Of a stretch of DNA of 64,000 nucleotides, positions 27,226-36,710 are shown piece by piece. Made by a program: the position numbers and the translations under genes. Below the pieces are notes generated by a model that saw nothing but the letters and a program-made list of their open reading frames with translations, was not told the DNA's origin and made no database searches. How positions within the stretch are numbered: the first letter of the stretch is position 1; each line of letters opens with the position of its first letter. This DNA is from Chloroflexota bacterium. GTDB lineage: Bacteria > Chloroflexota > Limnocylindria > Limnocylindrales > CSP1-4. Where the stretch lies: assembly GCA_046045415.1 (NCBI GenBank), contig JBJOLT010000042.1:17468-81467 (forward strand), written 5' to 3'.

Positions 27226-27388
27226 GGAGCCGGATGGTAGCGCAGGGCGGCGGCCGGAACGGGGCTCGCGCGCATCGCCCGCGCCGGCGGCCCGCGCGGC
27301 CGGTCCGCGCCCGTAGAATCGCCGCGCGACCACGCCGCGGCCCGATCGGCCGCGGGACCGGTGGGCGCCGGGACCCTGGGAGGTGGCG

Positions 27389-28801
27389 GTGCGGCTCTGG
27401 GGCGGACGGTTCTCGGGGACGACCGACGAGCGGGTCGCCGCGTTCACCCGCTCGATCGAGCTCGACGCCGCGCTCGCCCTCGACGACCTGACCGGCTCGC
27501 TCGCGCACGTCCGCGGGCTCGGCCGAGCGGGGCTCCTCGCCGACGACGAGGTGCGCGCGCTCGTCGCGGGGCTCGAGGGGCTCCGTGCCGAGGTGGAGGC
27601 CGGCACGCTCGCGTGGGACCCGGCGCTCGAGGACGTCCACATGAACCTCGAGGCGGCGCTCGCCGCCCGGATCGGGCCGGTCGCGGGGAAGCTCCACACC
27701 GGCCGGTCCCGGAACGACCAGGTCGCGACCGACCTCCGGCTCTGGCTCCGCCGCTCCGTCGATCGGCTCGACGACGGGATCGTCGCGATGGAGCGGGCGC
27801 TCGTCTCGCTCGCGGAGCGCCATCCGGCGGCGGTTCTCCCGGGGACCACCCACATCCAGCCGGCGCAGCCGGTCCTCCTCGCCCACCACCTCCTCGCGTA
27901 CGTGGAGATGCTCGAGCGCGACCGCGGCCGGCTCGCGGACGCCCGTCGCCGGGCGAACGTCTCGCCGCTCGGGTCGGGGGCGCTCGCCGGGGCCGGCTAC
28001 CCGCTCGACCGCGAGGCGACGGCGCGCGAGCTCGGCTTCGACGGCGTCACCGCGAACTCCCTCGACGCGGTGAGCGACCGCGACTTCGTCGTCGAGACGG
28101 TCGCGGCGATCGCGCTCGCCATGGTCCACCTCTCCCGGCTCGCCGAGGAGATCACCTGGTGGTCGAACCCCCGCTTCGGGTTCGTCCGGGCGGCGGACGC
28201 GTTCTCGACCGGCAGCTCGATGATGCCGAACAAGAAGAACCCCGATCCGGCCGAGCTCGTCCGGGGGCGGGCGGCGCGGGTCGTCGGGTCCCTCACCGGG
28301 CTCCTCGCGCTCCTCAAGGGGCTCCCGCTCGCGTACCAGCGCGACCTCCAGGAGGACAAGGCGCCGCTCTTCGAGGCGGTCGCGACGCTCGAGGCCTCGC
28401 TCGACGTGATGGCCGGGATGGTCGCGACGCTCGCCGTCGACGCCGACGCGATGCGGGCGGCCGCCGGGGAGGGGTACGTGACGGCGACGGCGGTGGCGGA
28501 CGCGCTCGTCCGGCGGGGGCTCCCGTTCCGCGACGCCCACCATGCCGTCGGCGCGCTCGTCGCCGCGTGCGAGGCGGCGGGCATCGGGCTCGAGGCGGCC
28601 CCGGACGCGGCGATCCGCGAGGCGCTCGCCGGGGCGGGGGCCGCGGCCGCGGCGATGGCGGGCGAGCCCGGCCTCCCGGCGGCGCTCCGCGAGGCGGCGG
28701 GGATCGACGGCGCGCTCGCGAGCTGCGACGTGGTCGGCGGGACGGCACCCGGCCGGGTCGCCGCCGCGCTCGCCGCGGCACGGACGCGCCTCGGCCGCTA
28801 G
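27389..28801 (+). CDS. argH: argininosuccinate lyase
   Basis: ORF 27383..28801. LWGGRFSG N-terminus and the GSSMMPNKKNPD signature. Start placed at the second GTG (27389) because GGGAGG at 27378-27383 gives 5-nt spacing; GTG 27383 is also possible. Confidence 0.92.
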   Translation: MRLWGGRFSGTTDERVAAFTRSIELDAALALDDLTGSLAHVRGLGRAGLLADDEVRALVAGLEGLRAEVEAGTLAWDPALEDVHMNLEAALAARIGPVAGKLHTGRSRNDQVATDLRLWLRRSVDRLDDGIVAMERALVSLAERHPAAVLPGTTHIQPAQPVLLAHHLLAYVEMLERDRGRLADARRRANVSPLGSGALAGAGYPLDREATARELGFDGVTANSLDAVSDRDFVVETVAAIALAMVHLSRLAEEITWWSNPRFGFVRAADAFSTGSSMMPNKKNPDPAELVRGRAARVVGSLTGLLALLKGLPLAYQRDLQEDKAPLFEAVATLEASLDVMAGMVATLAVDADAMRAAAGEGYVTATAVADALVRRGLPFRDAHHAVGALVAACEAAGIGLEAAPDAAIREALAGAGAAAAAMAGEPGLPAALREAAGIDGALASCDVVGGTAPGRVAAALAAARTRLGR

Positions 28802-28816
28802 GGACCCGGGCCGCCG

Positions 28817-29347
28817 TCAGCGAGCGGCGCGCTCCGCGAGCGCGGGGCTCAGCTCGATCCGGCTCCCGAGCGCGAGGAAGCGCTCGAGCCACCGCTCGAG
28901 GCGCCCCTCGTCGGCGAAGAGGACGAGGACCGTGTTGTCGCCCGCGATCGTCCCCTCCTGCTCGTCGAGCGACGATTCGTCGATCGCCTGGGCGACGATG
29001 TTCGCCGTCCCCGCCGTCCCGACGAGGAGGAGCGTCAGGTCGCTCCGCCCCACCCGGATCGGGACGTCGGCGAGGATCCGCCGGAGCCGGCCGTCGGTCG
29101 TCCGGCCGCCGCTCCCGTTCGGGCCGGTGCCGTCCGCGAGGTCCTCCGGGAAGAGGTAGGCGTGCCGCTCGCCGCGGGCGACGCGGACGAGCCCCAGCTC
29201 CGCGATGTCCCGGCTGATCGTCGCCTGCGTCACGCCGAAGCCCCGGTCGCGGAGGACGGCGGCGAGCTCCTCCTGGCTCCCCGAGAAGCCCCTGGCGACG
29301 AGATCGCGGATCGTCCGCTGCCGCTCGCGCTTGATCCCCGTCGTCAC
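28817..29347 (-). CDS. argR: arginine repressor ArgR
   Basis: GTG 29347 overlaps the argB stop (GTGA). 176 aa. Winged-helix region QEELAAVLRDRGFGVTQATISRDIAEL and C-terminal GTIAGDNTVLV arginine-binding motif. Confidence 0.85.
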   Translation of the reverse strand: MTTGIKRERQRTIRDLVARGFSGSQEELAAVLRDRGFGVTQATISRDIAELGLVRVARGERHAYLFPEDLADGTGPNGSGGRTTDGRLRRILADVPIRVGRSDLTLLLVGTAGTANIVAQAIDESSLDEQEGTIAGDNTVLVLFADEGRLERWLERFLALGSRIELSPALAERAAR

Positions 29348-30117
29348 CGGGCGGCCCCCGCGGTGATCCGCGTCCCGAACGATCGGTCCGCGAGCGCACG
29401 CTCCAGCGCGCCGGGCGCGGCGGAGTCGGCGATGATCGCCTCGCCGTCCCCCCACGCGAGCGCGGCGAGCGCGGCCCGGACCTTCGGGACCATCCCGCCG
29501 GCGACGACGCCGTCCGCGATGAGCGCCTCCGTCTCGGCGACGGTGAGCGAGTCGATCCGCCGCCCGTCGGCGCCCCGGACGCCGTCGACGTCGGTGAGGA
29601 GGACGAGCTGGCGCGCCCCGAGCCCCGCGGCGAGCCCCGCGGCCGCGTCGTCGGCGTTCACGTTGCAGACGGCGCCCGACTCGTCGAGCGCGAGCGGCGC
29701 GACGACGGGGACGCCGCCGCCGACGAGGATCGCGTCGAGGAGGTCCCGCCGGACCCCGACGACGTGGGCGACGAGGCCGAGCCCGGCGACCCGCTCGGCG
29801 ACGAGGAGGCCGCCGTCGACCCCCGAGAGGCCCACGGCGTCGGCGCCGAGCGCGCGGAGCGCGGCGACGAGCTCGCCGTTCACGACGCCGCGGAGGACGG
29901 CGGTCGCGACCTCGAGCGCCGGCTCGTCGGTCACCCGGAGCCCGCCCTCGAACCGGCTCGGGACGCCGAGCCGCTCGAGCCAGTCGGTGAGCCGCTTCCC
30001 GCCGCCGTGCACGACGACGACCGGACGCCGCCGCGCGACCGCGGCGACCTCGCGGAGGACGTGCGCCTGGTCCGCGAGCGTCGTGCCGCCGAGCTTCACG
30101 ACGAGGATCTCGCTCAC
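29344..30117 (-). CDS. argB: acetylglutamate kinase
   Basis: GTG 30117 overlaps the argJ stop. VVKLGGT, VVVHGGG, NVNADDAAAG and GGMVPKV motifs. Confidence 0.9.
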   Translation of the reverse strand: MSEILVVKLGGTTLADQAHVLREVAAVARRRPVVVVHGGGKRLTDWLERLGVPSRFEGGLRVTDEPALEVATAVLRGVVNGELVAALRALGADAVGLSGVDGGLLVAERVAGLGLVAHVVGVRRDLLDAILVGGGVPVVAPLALDESGAVCNVNADDAAAGLAAGLGARQLVLLTDVDGVRGADGRRIDSLTVAETEALIADGVVAGGMVPKVRAALAALAWGDGEAIIADSAAPGALERALADRSFGTRITAGAAR

Positions 30118-31541
30118 GTCGTGTACTCGGAGTTCTCGACCACGTACTCCTCGGTCAGGTCGCAGCCGAACGCCTCGCCGGCGCCGTCGCCGAGCCCGAG
30201 GTCGAGCCGGATGAGCGTCTCGGGCGCGTCGAGGGCGGCGCGCGCCGCCGCGCGGTCGAACGGGACGGGCCCCCCGGCGCGCCCGTCGTAGACGAGGTGG
30301 CCGGCGATCGAGATCCGGAGCCGCGCCGGGTCGAGGCGCGGCTGGGTCCCGGCGCGGGTGGCCGCCGCCGCGGGCGCGAGGCCGCCGGCCTCGAGGATCG
30401 CCGCCGGGGCGAGGCGCGCGTTCCCCGCCGCACCGGCGATCCGGCCCCAGTTCGGGTCGCGGCCGTGGGCCGCCGCCTTGACGAGACTCGACGAGACGAC
30501 CGCCCGCGCGACCGCCCGGGCGTCGGGGTCGTCGGCCGCGCCGGTGACGCGGCAGGTGAGGAGGGTCGTCGCCCCCTCGCCGTCCGCCGCCTGCTGGCGG
30601 GCGAGGTCGCGGGCGACGGCCTCGAGCGCGTCGAGGAACGACGCCTCCGCGTCGCTCCCCGGGACGAGCGGCGCCGCGCCCGCCGCGCCGGAGGCGAGGG
30701 CGAAGACGGTGTCGTTCGTGCTCGTGTCGCCGTCGACGCTCAGCTGGTCCCACGTCCGGACCGTCGCCCGGCGGAGGAGCGAGTGGAGGTGCGCCGGCTC
30801 GAGCGTCGCGTCGGTGACGACGACGGCGAGCATCGTCGCCATCATCGGATGGATCATCCCGACCCCCTTCGCGATCCCCGCGACCGTCGCCGAGACCGGT
30901 GCGCCGTCCGGCGCCGGCAGCGCGAGGGTCGTCGCGGCGAGCTTCGTCCGCGAGTCGGTGGTCCGGAGCGCGACCGCGGCCGCCTCCAGGCCCGACGGCG
31001 TCGGGGCGAGGGCCGGCACGAGCGCCGCGAGGCCTGCCGCCACCTTCTCGAGCGGCAGCCGCGTCCCGATGACGCCGGTCGAGAGGTGGAGGACGCGGTC
31101 GGCCGGGACGCCGAGCGCATCCGCCACGAGCCCGCCGATCCGCTCCTGGTCCGCGAGCCCGGCGGCCCCGGTCGCGGCGTTCGCGCTCCCGCTCGTCGAG
31201 ACGACCGCGTCCGCGCGGCCGTGGCCGCCCCCGCCGTCCGGCGCCGTCGCGAGGAGGTTCCGCCGCGAGACCTGGACGGGCGCGGCGGCGAAGGCGTTCG
31301 GGGTGAAGACGGCCGCCGCCGCCGCGCCGCCGGCGAGGACGCGGACGAGCCCGAGATCCGGTCTCCCGGAGCGCTTGATCCCGGCGGCGAGCCCACCGAA
31401 CGCGAACCCGCCGGGGACGCGCGGCTCGCGGACGACCGGGGGGAGCTCGCGCGGCCAGCCCGGGAGCCCGTCCCCGGCGCCCGGCGCACCGGCCGCCGCG
31501 GGCCGGGTGCTCGCGCCCCCCGCGCCGTCCTCGCCGCTCAC
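30114..31541 (-). CDS. argJ: bifunctional glutamate N-acetyltransferase / amino-acid acetyltransferase ArgJ
   Basis: GTG 31541 overlaps the argC stop. GFAFGGLAAGIK, the autoprocessing context GMIHPMMATMLAV, and DGDTSTNDT. Has a Gly/Ala/Pro-rich N-terminal extension of about 45 aa. Confidence 0.88.
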   Translation of the reverse strand: MSGEDGAGGASTRPAAAGAPGAGDGLPGWPRELPPVVREPRVPGGFAFGGLAAGIKRSGRPDLGLVRVLAGGAAAAAVFTPNAFAAAPVQVSRRNLLATAPDGGGGHGRADAVVSTSGSANAATGAAGLADQERIGGLVADALGVPADRVLHLSTGVIGTRLPLEKVAAGLAALVPALAPTPSGLEAAAVALRTTDSRTKLAATTLALPAPDGAPVSATVAGIAKGVGMIHPMMATMLAVVVTDATLEPAHLHSLLRRATVRTWDQLSVDGDTSTNDTVFALASGAAGAAPLVPGSDAEASFLDALEAVARDLARQQAADGEGATTLLTCRVTGAADDPDARAVARAVVSSSLVKAAAHGRDPNWGRIAGAAGNARLAPAAILEAGGLAPAAAATRAGTQPRLDPARLRISIAGHLVYDGRAGGPVPFDRAAARAALDAPETLIRLDLGLGDGAGEAFGCDLTEEYVVENSEYTT

Positions 31542-32665
31542 GGCGCGAGCGGCAGCTGCTCGAGCCCCGAGGTCTCCGGGAGCCCGAGGAGGAGGTTCAT
31601 CGCCTGGACCCCCTGGCCCGCGGCCCCCTTCACGAGGTTGTCGATGACGCCGATCGCGAGGATCCGCCCGGTCCGCTCGTCGAGCCGGACGTGGACCCGC
31701 GCATGGTTGCTCCCGAGCACGTGCTTCGTCGCCGGGGGCGCCGGGACGACGGAGACGAACGGCTCGTCCGCGTACGCGGCGGCGTAGAGGGCGTCGAGCT
31801 CCCCCTGGTCCGTCGGTCGCGACGGCCGGACGTGGCACGCGGCGAGGATCCCGCGGGTCATCGGGATGAGGTGCGGGACGAAGTCGACGGCGCGCGCCCC
31901 GGGGTTCGGGTCGGCGACGCCGGCCGCACGAGCCGCCGCCCCGAGGCGCCCGAGCTCCTGCTCCATCTCCGCGACGTGGCGGTGGCCGGTCGTGCCGTAC
32001 GCGCGGACGGACTCGTTCACCTCGCCGAAGACGAGGTCCGCCTTCGGCTCGCGCCCCGCGCCGGAGACGCCGCTCTTCGCATCGACGACGAGGTCGCCGA
32101 TCAGCCCGGCGCGGGCGAGCGGCGCGAGGGCGAGGAGCGTCGCCGTCGGGTAGCAGCCGGGGGCGCCGACGATCCGCGGACTCCCGGCCGGGGCGGCGCC
32201 GAGCGCGACGAGCTCGTCGCGATGGAGCTCGGGGAGGCCGTAGACGGCCGCCGGCAGGAGTCCCGGGGCGGGGTGCTCGAGCCCGTACCAGCGCGCGTAC
32301 GCCGCGGGGTCCTCGAGGCGGAAGTCGGCACCGAGGTCGACGACCGCGATGCCGCGCGCGACGAGGTCGGGGACGATGGCCGCCGACGCCCCGTGCGGGA
32401 GCGCGACGAGCGCGACGTCGACGTCGGGGACGGACGAGCCGATCGTCAGGCCGGTCCCGGCGAGGTGGGGATGGGTCGTCCCCACCGGGACGTCGTCACG
32501 GTCCCGGGCGACGAGCGCGGCGATCTCGACCGCCGGGTGCCGGCCGAGGAGGCGGACCAGCTCGCCGCCGACGTAGCCCGTGGCGCCGACGATCGCGGCG
32601 CGGACGGGGCGGCTGCCGCCGGAAGGGGAGCCGCTCGCGCCGCCGCCGCTCCGGCGGCCTACCAT
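31538..32665 (-). CDS. argC: N-acetyl-gamma-glutamyl-phosphate reductase
   Basis: 375 aa. AIVGATGYVGGEL Rossmann motif and the APGCYPTA catalytic Cys context. Confidence 0.88.
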   Translation of the reverse strand: MVGRRSGGGASGSPSGGSRPVRAAIVGATGYVGGELVRLLGRHPAVEIAALVARDRDDVPVGTTHPHLAGTGLTIGSSVPDVDVALVALPHGASAAIVPDLVARGIAVVDLGADFRLEDPAAYARWYGLEHPAPGLLPAAVYGLPELHRDELVALGAAPAGSPRIVGAPGCYPTATLLALAPLARAGLIGDLVVDAKSGVSGAGREPKADLVFGEVNESVRAYGTTGHRHVAEMEQELGRLGAAARAAGVADPNPGARAVDFVPHLIPMTRGILAACHVRPSRPTDQGELDALYAAAYADEPFVSVVPAPPATKHVLGSNHARVHVRLDERTGRILAIGVIDNLVKGAAGQGVQAMNLLLGLPETSGLEQLPLAP

Positions 32666-32764
32666 CCCGCCCCTCGCGGTCCGGGCGACGTCGCGTTCAC
32701 GGACGCGTCCGACCCCTCGCCGGGGGTCACGTCGGTCGAACCACGAGGAACGGAGCTGGTCACC

Positions 32765-32800
32765 GCATGACTATACATCAGGTCTGAATAGTCATGCAAG
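32765..32800 (-). promoter_or_regulatory. candidate arg operon promoter overlapped by a palindromic operator (ARG-box-like)
   Basis: Perfect 10-bp inverted repeat GCATGACTAT (32765-32774) / ATAGTCATGC (32788-32797). On the minus strand there is TTGCAT (32799-32794), an 18-nt spacer, then TATAGT (32775-32770). TGAATAGTCATGCA resembles the TGAAT-N4-ATTCA ARG-box core. This is the only AT-rich patch in the 190-nt region upstream of argC. Confidence 0.5.
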
Positions 32801-32855
32801 TCCCTTCTTTCGCGGGACCGCCACGGGCCCGCGCGCTCCGCCGGGCCGGCGCTCG

Positions 32856-34745
32856 TCAGCGCGCCTCGAACTGCTCGCGGTGGAGCTTCGCGTAGAGCCC
32901 GCCGACGGCGAGCAGCTCGGCGTGCGTCCCGCGCTCCACGATCCGGCCCCGCTCGTAGACGAGGATCCGGTCGGCGCGGAGGATCGTCGAGAGCCGGTGC
33001 GCGATCGCGACCGTCGTCCGGCCCTCCATCAGCCGCTCGAGCGCCGCCTGGATGAGCCGCTCGGAGACGGTGTCGAGCGCCGAGGTCGCCTCGTCGAGGA
33101 TGAGGATCCGCGGGTCCTTCAGGAGGACCCGGGCGATCGCGATCCGCTGCTTCTCGCCGCCAGAGAGCTTGTAGCCGCGCTCGCCGACGACCGTCTCGTA
33201 CCCGGCGGGGAGCTCGGCCACTCGCTCGTGGATCGCCGCCGCCCGCGCCGCGGCCTCGAGCTCGGCGTCCGTCGCCTCCGGCCTGGCGTAGCGGAGGTTC
33301 TCGGCGATCGTCGCGTGGAAGAGATACGTCTCCTGGGTGACGAAGCCGATCGTCGAGCCGAGCGAGTCGAGGGTCAGGCGCCGGACGTCGACCCCGTCGA
33401 TCTCGACCGAGCCGGCCGTCACGTCGTAGAGGCGGGGGATCAGGTACGTCGTCGTGGTCTTGCCCGAGCCGGACGGGCCGACGAGCGCGACGAGCTCACC
33501 CGGTTCCGCGGTGAAGTCGATCGCCTCGAGCGCGAACGGGTGGCCGCGACCGCGTCCCCTGGCGGCCGCCTTCGCCGGCCCCTTCGCGGGCGCCTCCGGG
33601 TACCGGAACGCGACGTCGCGGAAGCGGATCGCGCCGCGGGCGCGCCGCGGGTCGAGCGCGACCGCATCCGGCGCCTCGACGATCTCCGGCTCGAGCCCGA
33701 GGTACTCGAAGATCCGGTCGAAGAGCGCGAGCGCCCCCTGGATCTCGATCTGGACGTTGAGGAGCTGGCCGATCGGGAAGAAGAGCCGGCTCTGGAGCGT
33801 CGTGAAGGCGACGATGTCGCCCGCGGTCGGGGCGTCCGGCGCGCCGTTCATCGCGAGGAAGCCGGCGAGCCAGTAGACGAGCGCCGGGATGATCGAGAAG
33901 ACCGTCCCGACGATCATCCCGAACCACCGTCCCACCATCGTCCGGCGGAGCTGGAGACGGGTGAGCTCGGCGTTGAGCGACCTGAAGCGCCGAAGGCTCT
34001 CCGCCTGCTGGCCGAAGGTCTTCGAGAGGAGGATCCCGCTCACGGAGAGCGTCTCCTCCGTCAGCGCCGTCGTGTCGGCGAGCGTCCGCTGCGTCTCCTC
34101 GCTCACCTCCCGGCGCACCTTCCCGACGCGGTACGTGAGGTAGAGGAAGAAGGGGAGGACGCCGATCGAGAGGAGCGTGAGGCGCCAGTCGATGAGCGCC
34201 ATCGCGGCGATCGTGCTGACGGAGACCGCGACGTTGCTCGTCACCGAGGCCGCCGTGTCGGTGACGACCTGCTGGACCCCGCCGACGTCGTTCGCGAGCC
34301 GGCTCTGGATCTCGCCGGTCCTCGTCTCGGTGAAGAAGCGGAGCGGCATCCGCTGGAGGTGCGCGTAGAGCGCGTCGCGGAGGTCGCGCATCACGCTCTG
34401 GCCGATCACGTTGTTCAGCCAGGTCTGGCCGACCCCGATCAGGCCGCTCGCGATCGGGGTGACGATCATCAGCCCGACGTAGACGTTGAGCAGCTCGTAC
34501 CGGCGGCCCACGATCACGTCGTCGGTGAGGAGCTTGAGGAGGTACGGGTTGATCAGCCCGAGGAGGCTCGTCGCGACGATCGTGGCGAGGACGACGCCGA
34601 CCTGCGCCCGGTAGGGGCGGAAGAAGGCCGCGATCCGGCGGATCGTCGCCCCCCGCCGCTCCGACGGGACCCAGTCGGCGCGGTCGACGGTCTGGCGGGC
34701 GGAGAGGCGGCGCGCGCCGAACCCGCGCCCGCGGCTCCCGGTCAG
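32856..34745 (-). CDS. ABC exporter, fused six-TM permease and ATPase (MsbA/MdlB-like)
   Basis: C-terminal roughly 630 codons of ORF 32856..35906. TM domain followed by GPSGSGKTT, LSGGEKQRIAIAR and ILILDEATSALD. No in-frame ATG/GTG/TTG lies upstream of the first TM; the only junction-compatible start is CTG 34745, so the start is uncertain. Confidence 0.8.
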   Translation of the reverse strand: MTGSRGRGFGARRLSARQTVDRADWVPSERRGATIRRIAAFFRPYRAQVGVVLATIVATSLLGLINPYLLKLLTDDVIVGRRYELLNVYVGLMIVTPIASGLIGVGQTWLNNVIGQSVMRDLRDALYAHLQRMPLRFFTETRTGEIQSRLANDVGGVQQVVTDTAASVTSNVAVSVSTIAAMALIDWRLTLLSIGVLPFFLYLTYRVGKVRREVSEETQRTLADTTALTEETLSVSGILLSKTFGQQAESLRRFRSLNAELTRLQLRRTMVGRWFGMIVGTVFSIIPALVYWLAGFLAMNGAPDAPTAGDIVAFTTLQSRLFFPIGQLLNVQIEIQGALALFDRIFEYLGLEPEIVEAPDAVALDPRRARGAIRFRDVAFRYPEAPAKGPAKAAARGRGRGHPFALEAIDFTAEPGELVALVGPSGSGKTTTTYLIPRLYDVTAGSVEIDGVDVRRLTLDSLGSTIGFVTQETYLFHATIAENLRYARPEATDAELEAAARAAAIHERVAELPAGYETVVGERGYKLSGGEKQRIAIARVLLKDPRILILDEATSALDTVSERLIQAALERLMEGRTTVAIAHRLSTILRADRILVYERGRIVERGTHAELLAVGGLYAKLHREQFEAR

Positions 34746-35830
34746 GTGGAGGCGGCGGCGGGACGGGCCTCCGTCGCGGCCGCACCCCCGGCCGCGCCCT
34801 CGGCCTCGAGCCAGCGCTCGGCGTCGATCGCGGCGCGCGCTCCCTCGCCGGCGGCGGTCACCGCCTGGCGGTACCGATGGTCGTGGACGTCGCCGGCGAT
34901 GAAGACGCCGGGGACCGTCGACATCGTGTGCTCGTCGACCGTCAGGTAGCCCTTCCCGTCCACCGGGAGCCACCCGACGAACGCGTCGGTGTTCGGCCGG
35001 TGGCCGATCGCGATGAAGAGGCCCTGCACGGGGAGCGTCTCCTCCGCCCCCGTCCGACCGTTCCGGAGCCGGAGGCCGGTCACCTGCTCGTCGCCGAGGA
35101 CCTCCTCGACGGTCACGTCGTAGTGGACCTCGATCGCGGGGTTCTCGAGGACCCGCGCGATCATGATCTTGCTCGCCCGGAAGGCGTCGCGCCGGTGGAG
35201 GAGGTGGACCTTCGTCGCGAAGCGCGTCAGGTAGGTCGCCTCCTCGAGCGCGCTGTCGCCGCCGCCGACGACCGCGATCTCCTTCCCCTTGAAGAAGAAG
35301 CCGTCGCACGTCGCGCAGGCGCTCACGCCCTTCCCCCGGAGCCGCGTCTCGCTCTCGAGGCCCAGCCAGAGCGCCGACGCCCCGGTCGCGACGATCACCG
35401 CGTCCGCCCGGTACTCGACGCCGCGCGCCCAGAGCCGGAACGGGCGGGCCGAGAGGTCCACCCGGTCGACGTCGACGTCGACGACCCGCGTCCCGAAGCG
35501 CTCCGCCTGCTCGCGGAACCGGCCCATCAGCTCCGGGCCGAGGATCCCGTCGGGGAAGCCGGGGTAGTTCTCGACGTCGCTCGTCAGCATCAGCTGGCCG
35601 CCCGGTGCCGTCCCCGCGAGGACGACCGGCTCGAGGTTCGCCCGCGCCGCGTAGATCGCCGCGGTGAGCCCGGCCGGTCCCGATCCGACGATGACGATCG
35701 AGGCGGCGACGCCGTCGGCCTGGGCGGCCGCGACGTTCTCCCAGTCGCCGGGCGCGAGCCCGCTCCCGGAGAAGTCGATCGTCAGGCCGCCGAACGGGGC
35801 GGGGGAGGGGGTGGTGGTCGGGTCGCTCAT
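34742..35830 (-). CDS. trxB: thioredoxin-disulfide reductase
   Basis: ORF 34742..35848; start is ATG 35830 or GTG 35848. IVGSGPAGLTAA, the redox-active CATCDG site, VVGGGDSALEEA and FIAGDV. Confidence 0.88.
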   Translation of the reverse strand: MSDPTTTPSPAPFGGLTIDFSGSGLAPGDWENVAAAQADGVAASIVIVGSGPAGLTAAIYAARANLEPVVLAGTAPGGQLMLTSDVENYPGFPDGILGPELMGRFREQAERFGTRVVDVDVDRVDLSARPFRLWARGVEYRADAVIVATGASALWLGLESETRLRGKGVSACATCDGFFFKGKEIAVVGGGDSALEEATYLTRFATKVHLLHRRDAFRASKIMIARVLENPAIEVHYDVTVEEVLGDEQVTGLRLRNGRTGAEETLPVQGLFIAIGHRPNTDAFVGWLPVDGKGYLTVDEHTMSTVPGVFIAGDVHDHRYRQAVTAAGEGARAAIDAERWLEAEGAAGGAAATEARPAAAST

Positions 35831-35936
35831 CGGCGACGATCGTAGCACGGCCGGTATACCCCCGGGGAGTATGCGGTCGGTGCCGTCGCCCGGCGGGGGA
35901 GCGCACGCCCGGCCGCGGGCGCCGGTCCCCCGCGGG

Positions 35937-36710
35937 TCACGGGAAGAGGTCCGCCGCCGGGGGGATGAGGAGCTCGCGGATCGAGCCCTCGCCGAGGGGC
36001 GGCCGCGCCCCCCGGACGATCGCGACCGGCCGGCCGGCGGCCTTCCCGAGGGCGAGCTCGGCGGCCGAGGCGACCTCGTCGGCGACGGCCCGGACCGTCG
36101 ACTGCATCACCCGCCCGTCGGCGTCGGGGACGCCACGGAGGTCCTCGAGCGGGAGGATCCCGCTCACGCCGATCGCGACGTCGACGATCCCCCAGCGCCA
36201 CGGCCGGCCGAACGAGTCGGAGACGACGACCGGGGCGGCGACCCCGAGGCGGGCGCCGAGGGCCGCGCGGATCCGGGCGGCCGAGGCGTCGGCGTCGGCC
36301 GGGAGGAGGAGGACGACCGAGCCGGAGCCGGGCCCGACGTTCGAGGCGTCGACGCCGCCGTTCGCGCAGACGAAGCCCTGCGGCGTCTCGGTGACGATGA
36401 CGCCGTTCGCCATCCGGACGATCCGGCGGGCCTCGCGGAGGACGACCTCGACCTGGCGGGCGTCCCGCTTCCATCGCGCCGCCCAGGCGACGGCCTCCGG
36501 GCGGGGCTCGACGGTCCGCAGGTCGACGACGGCGCCCTCCGCCTTCGAGACGACCTTCGACGTCACGACGACGACGTCGTCGTCGCGAAGCGTGCCGAGG
36601 CCCGGGGTCCGCGCGACCGCGTTCGCGACGATCGCCCCGAGGTCGTCGCCCGGCCGGATCTCCGGGATCCCGTCCGGGACGAGGACGGTCAGCCCGGGAT
36701 CGGCGCTCAC
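35937..36710 (-). CDS. cofE: coenzyme F420-0:L-glutamate ligase (stand-alone CofE)
   Basis: GTG 36710 overlaps the cofC stop. 257 aa. VVVTSKVVSKAEG, CANGGVDASN and VSDSFGRPWRWG. Confidence 0.85.
   Translation of the reverse strand: MSADPGLTVLVPDGIPEIRPGDDLGAIVANAVARTPGLGTLRDDDVVVVTSKVVSKAEGAVVDLRTVEPRPEAVAWAARWKRDARQVEVVLREARRIVRMANGVIVTETPQGFVCANGGVDASNVGPGSGSVVLLLPADADASAARIRAALGARLGVAAPVVVSDSFGRPWRWGIVDVAIGVSGILPLEDLRGVPDADGRVMQSTVRAVADEVASAAELALGKAAGRPVAIVRGARPPLGEGSIRELLIPPAADLFP

Noticed and set aside
27314-27319. TAGAAT hexamer as an argH promoter -10 element.
   Set aside because: It is a single hexamer with no recognisable -35 element or operator, which is too little to call.
35856-35872. 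Imperfect palindrome ATACCCCCGGGGAGTAT upstream of trxB as an operator.
   Set aside because: Two mismatches remain outside a trivial CCCCGGGG core. Such GC palindromes are frequent here by composition.
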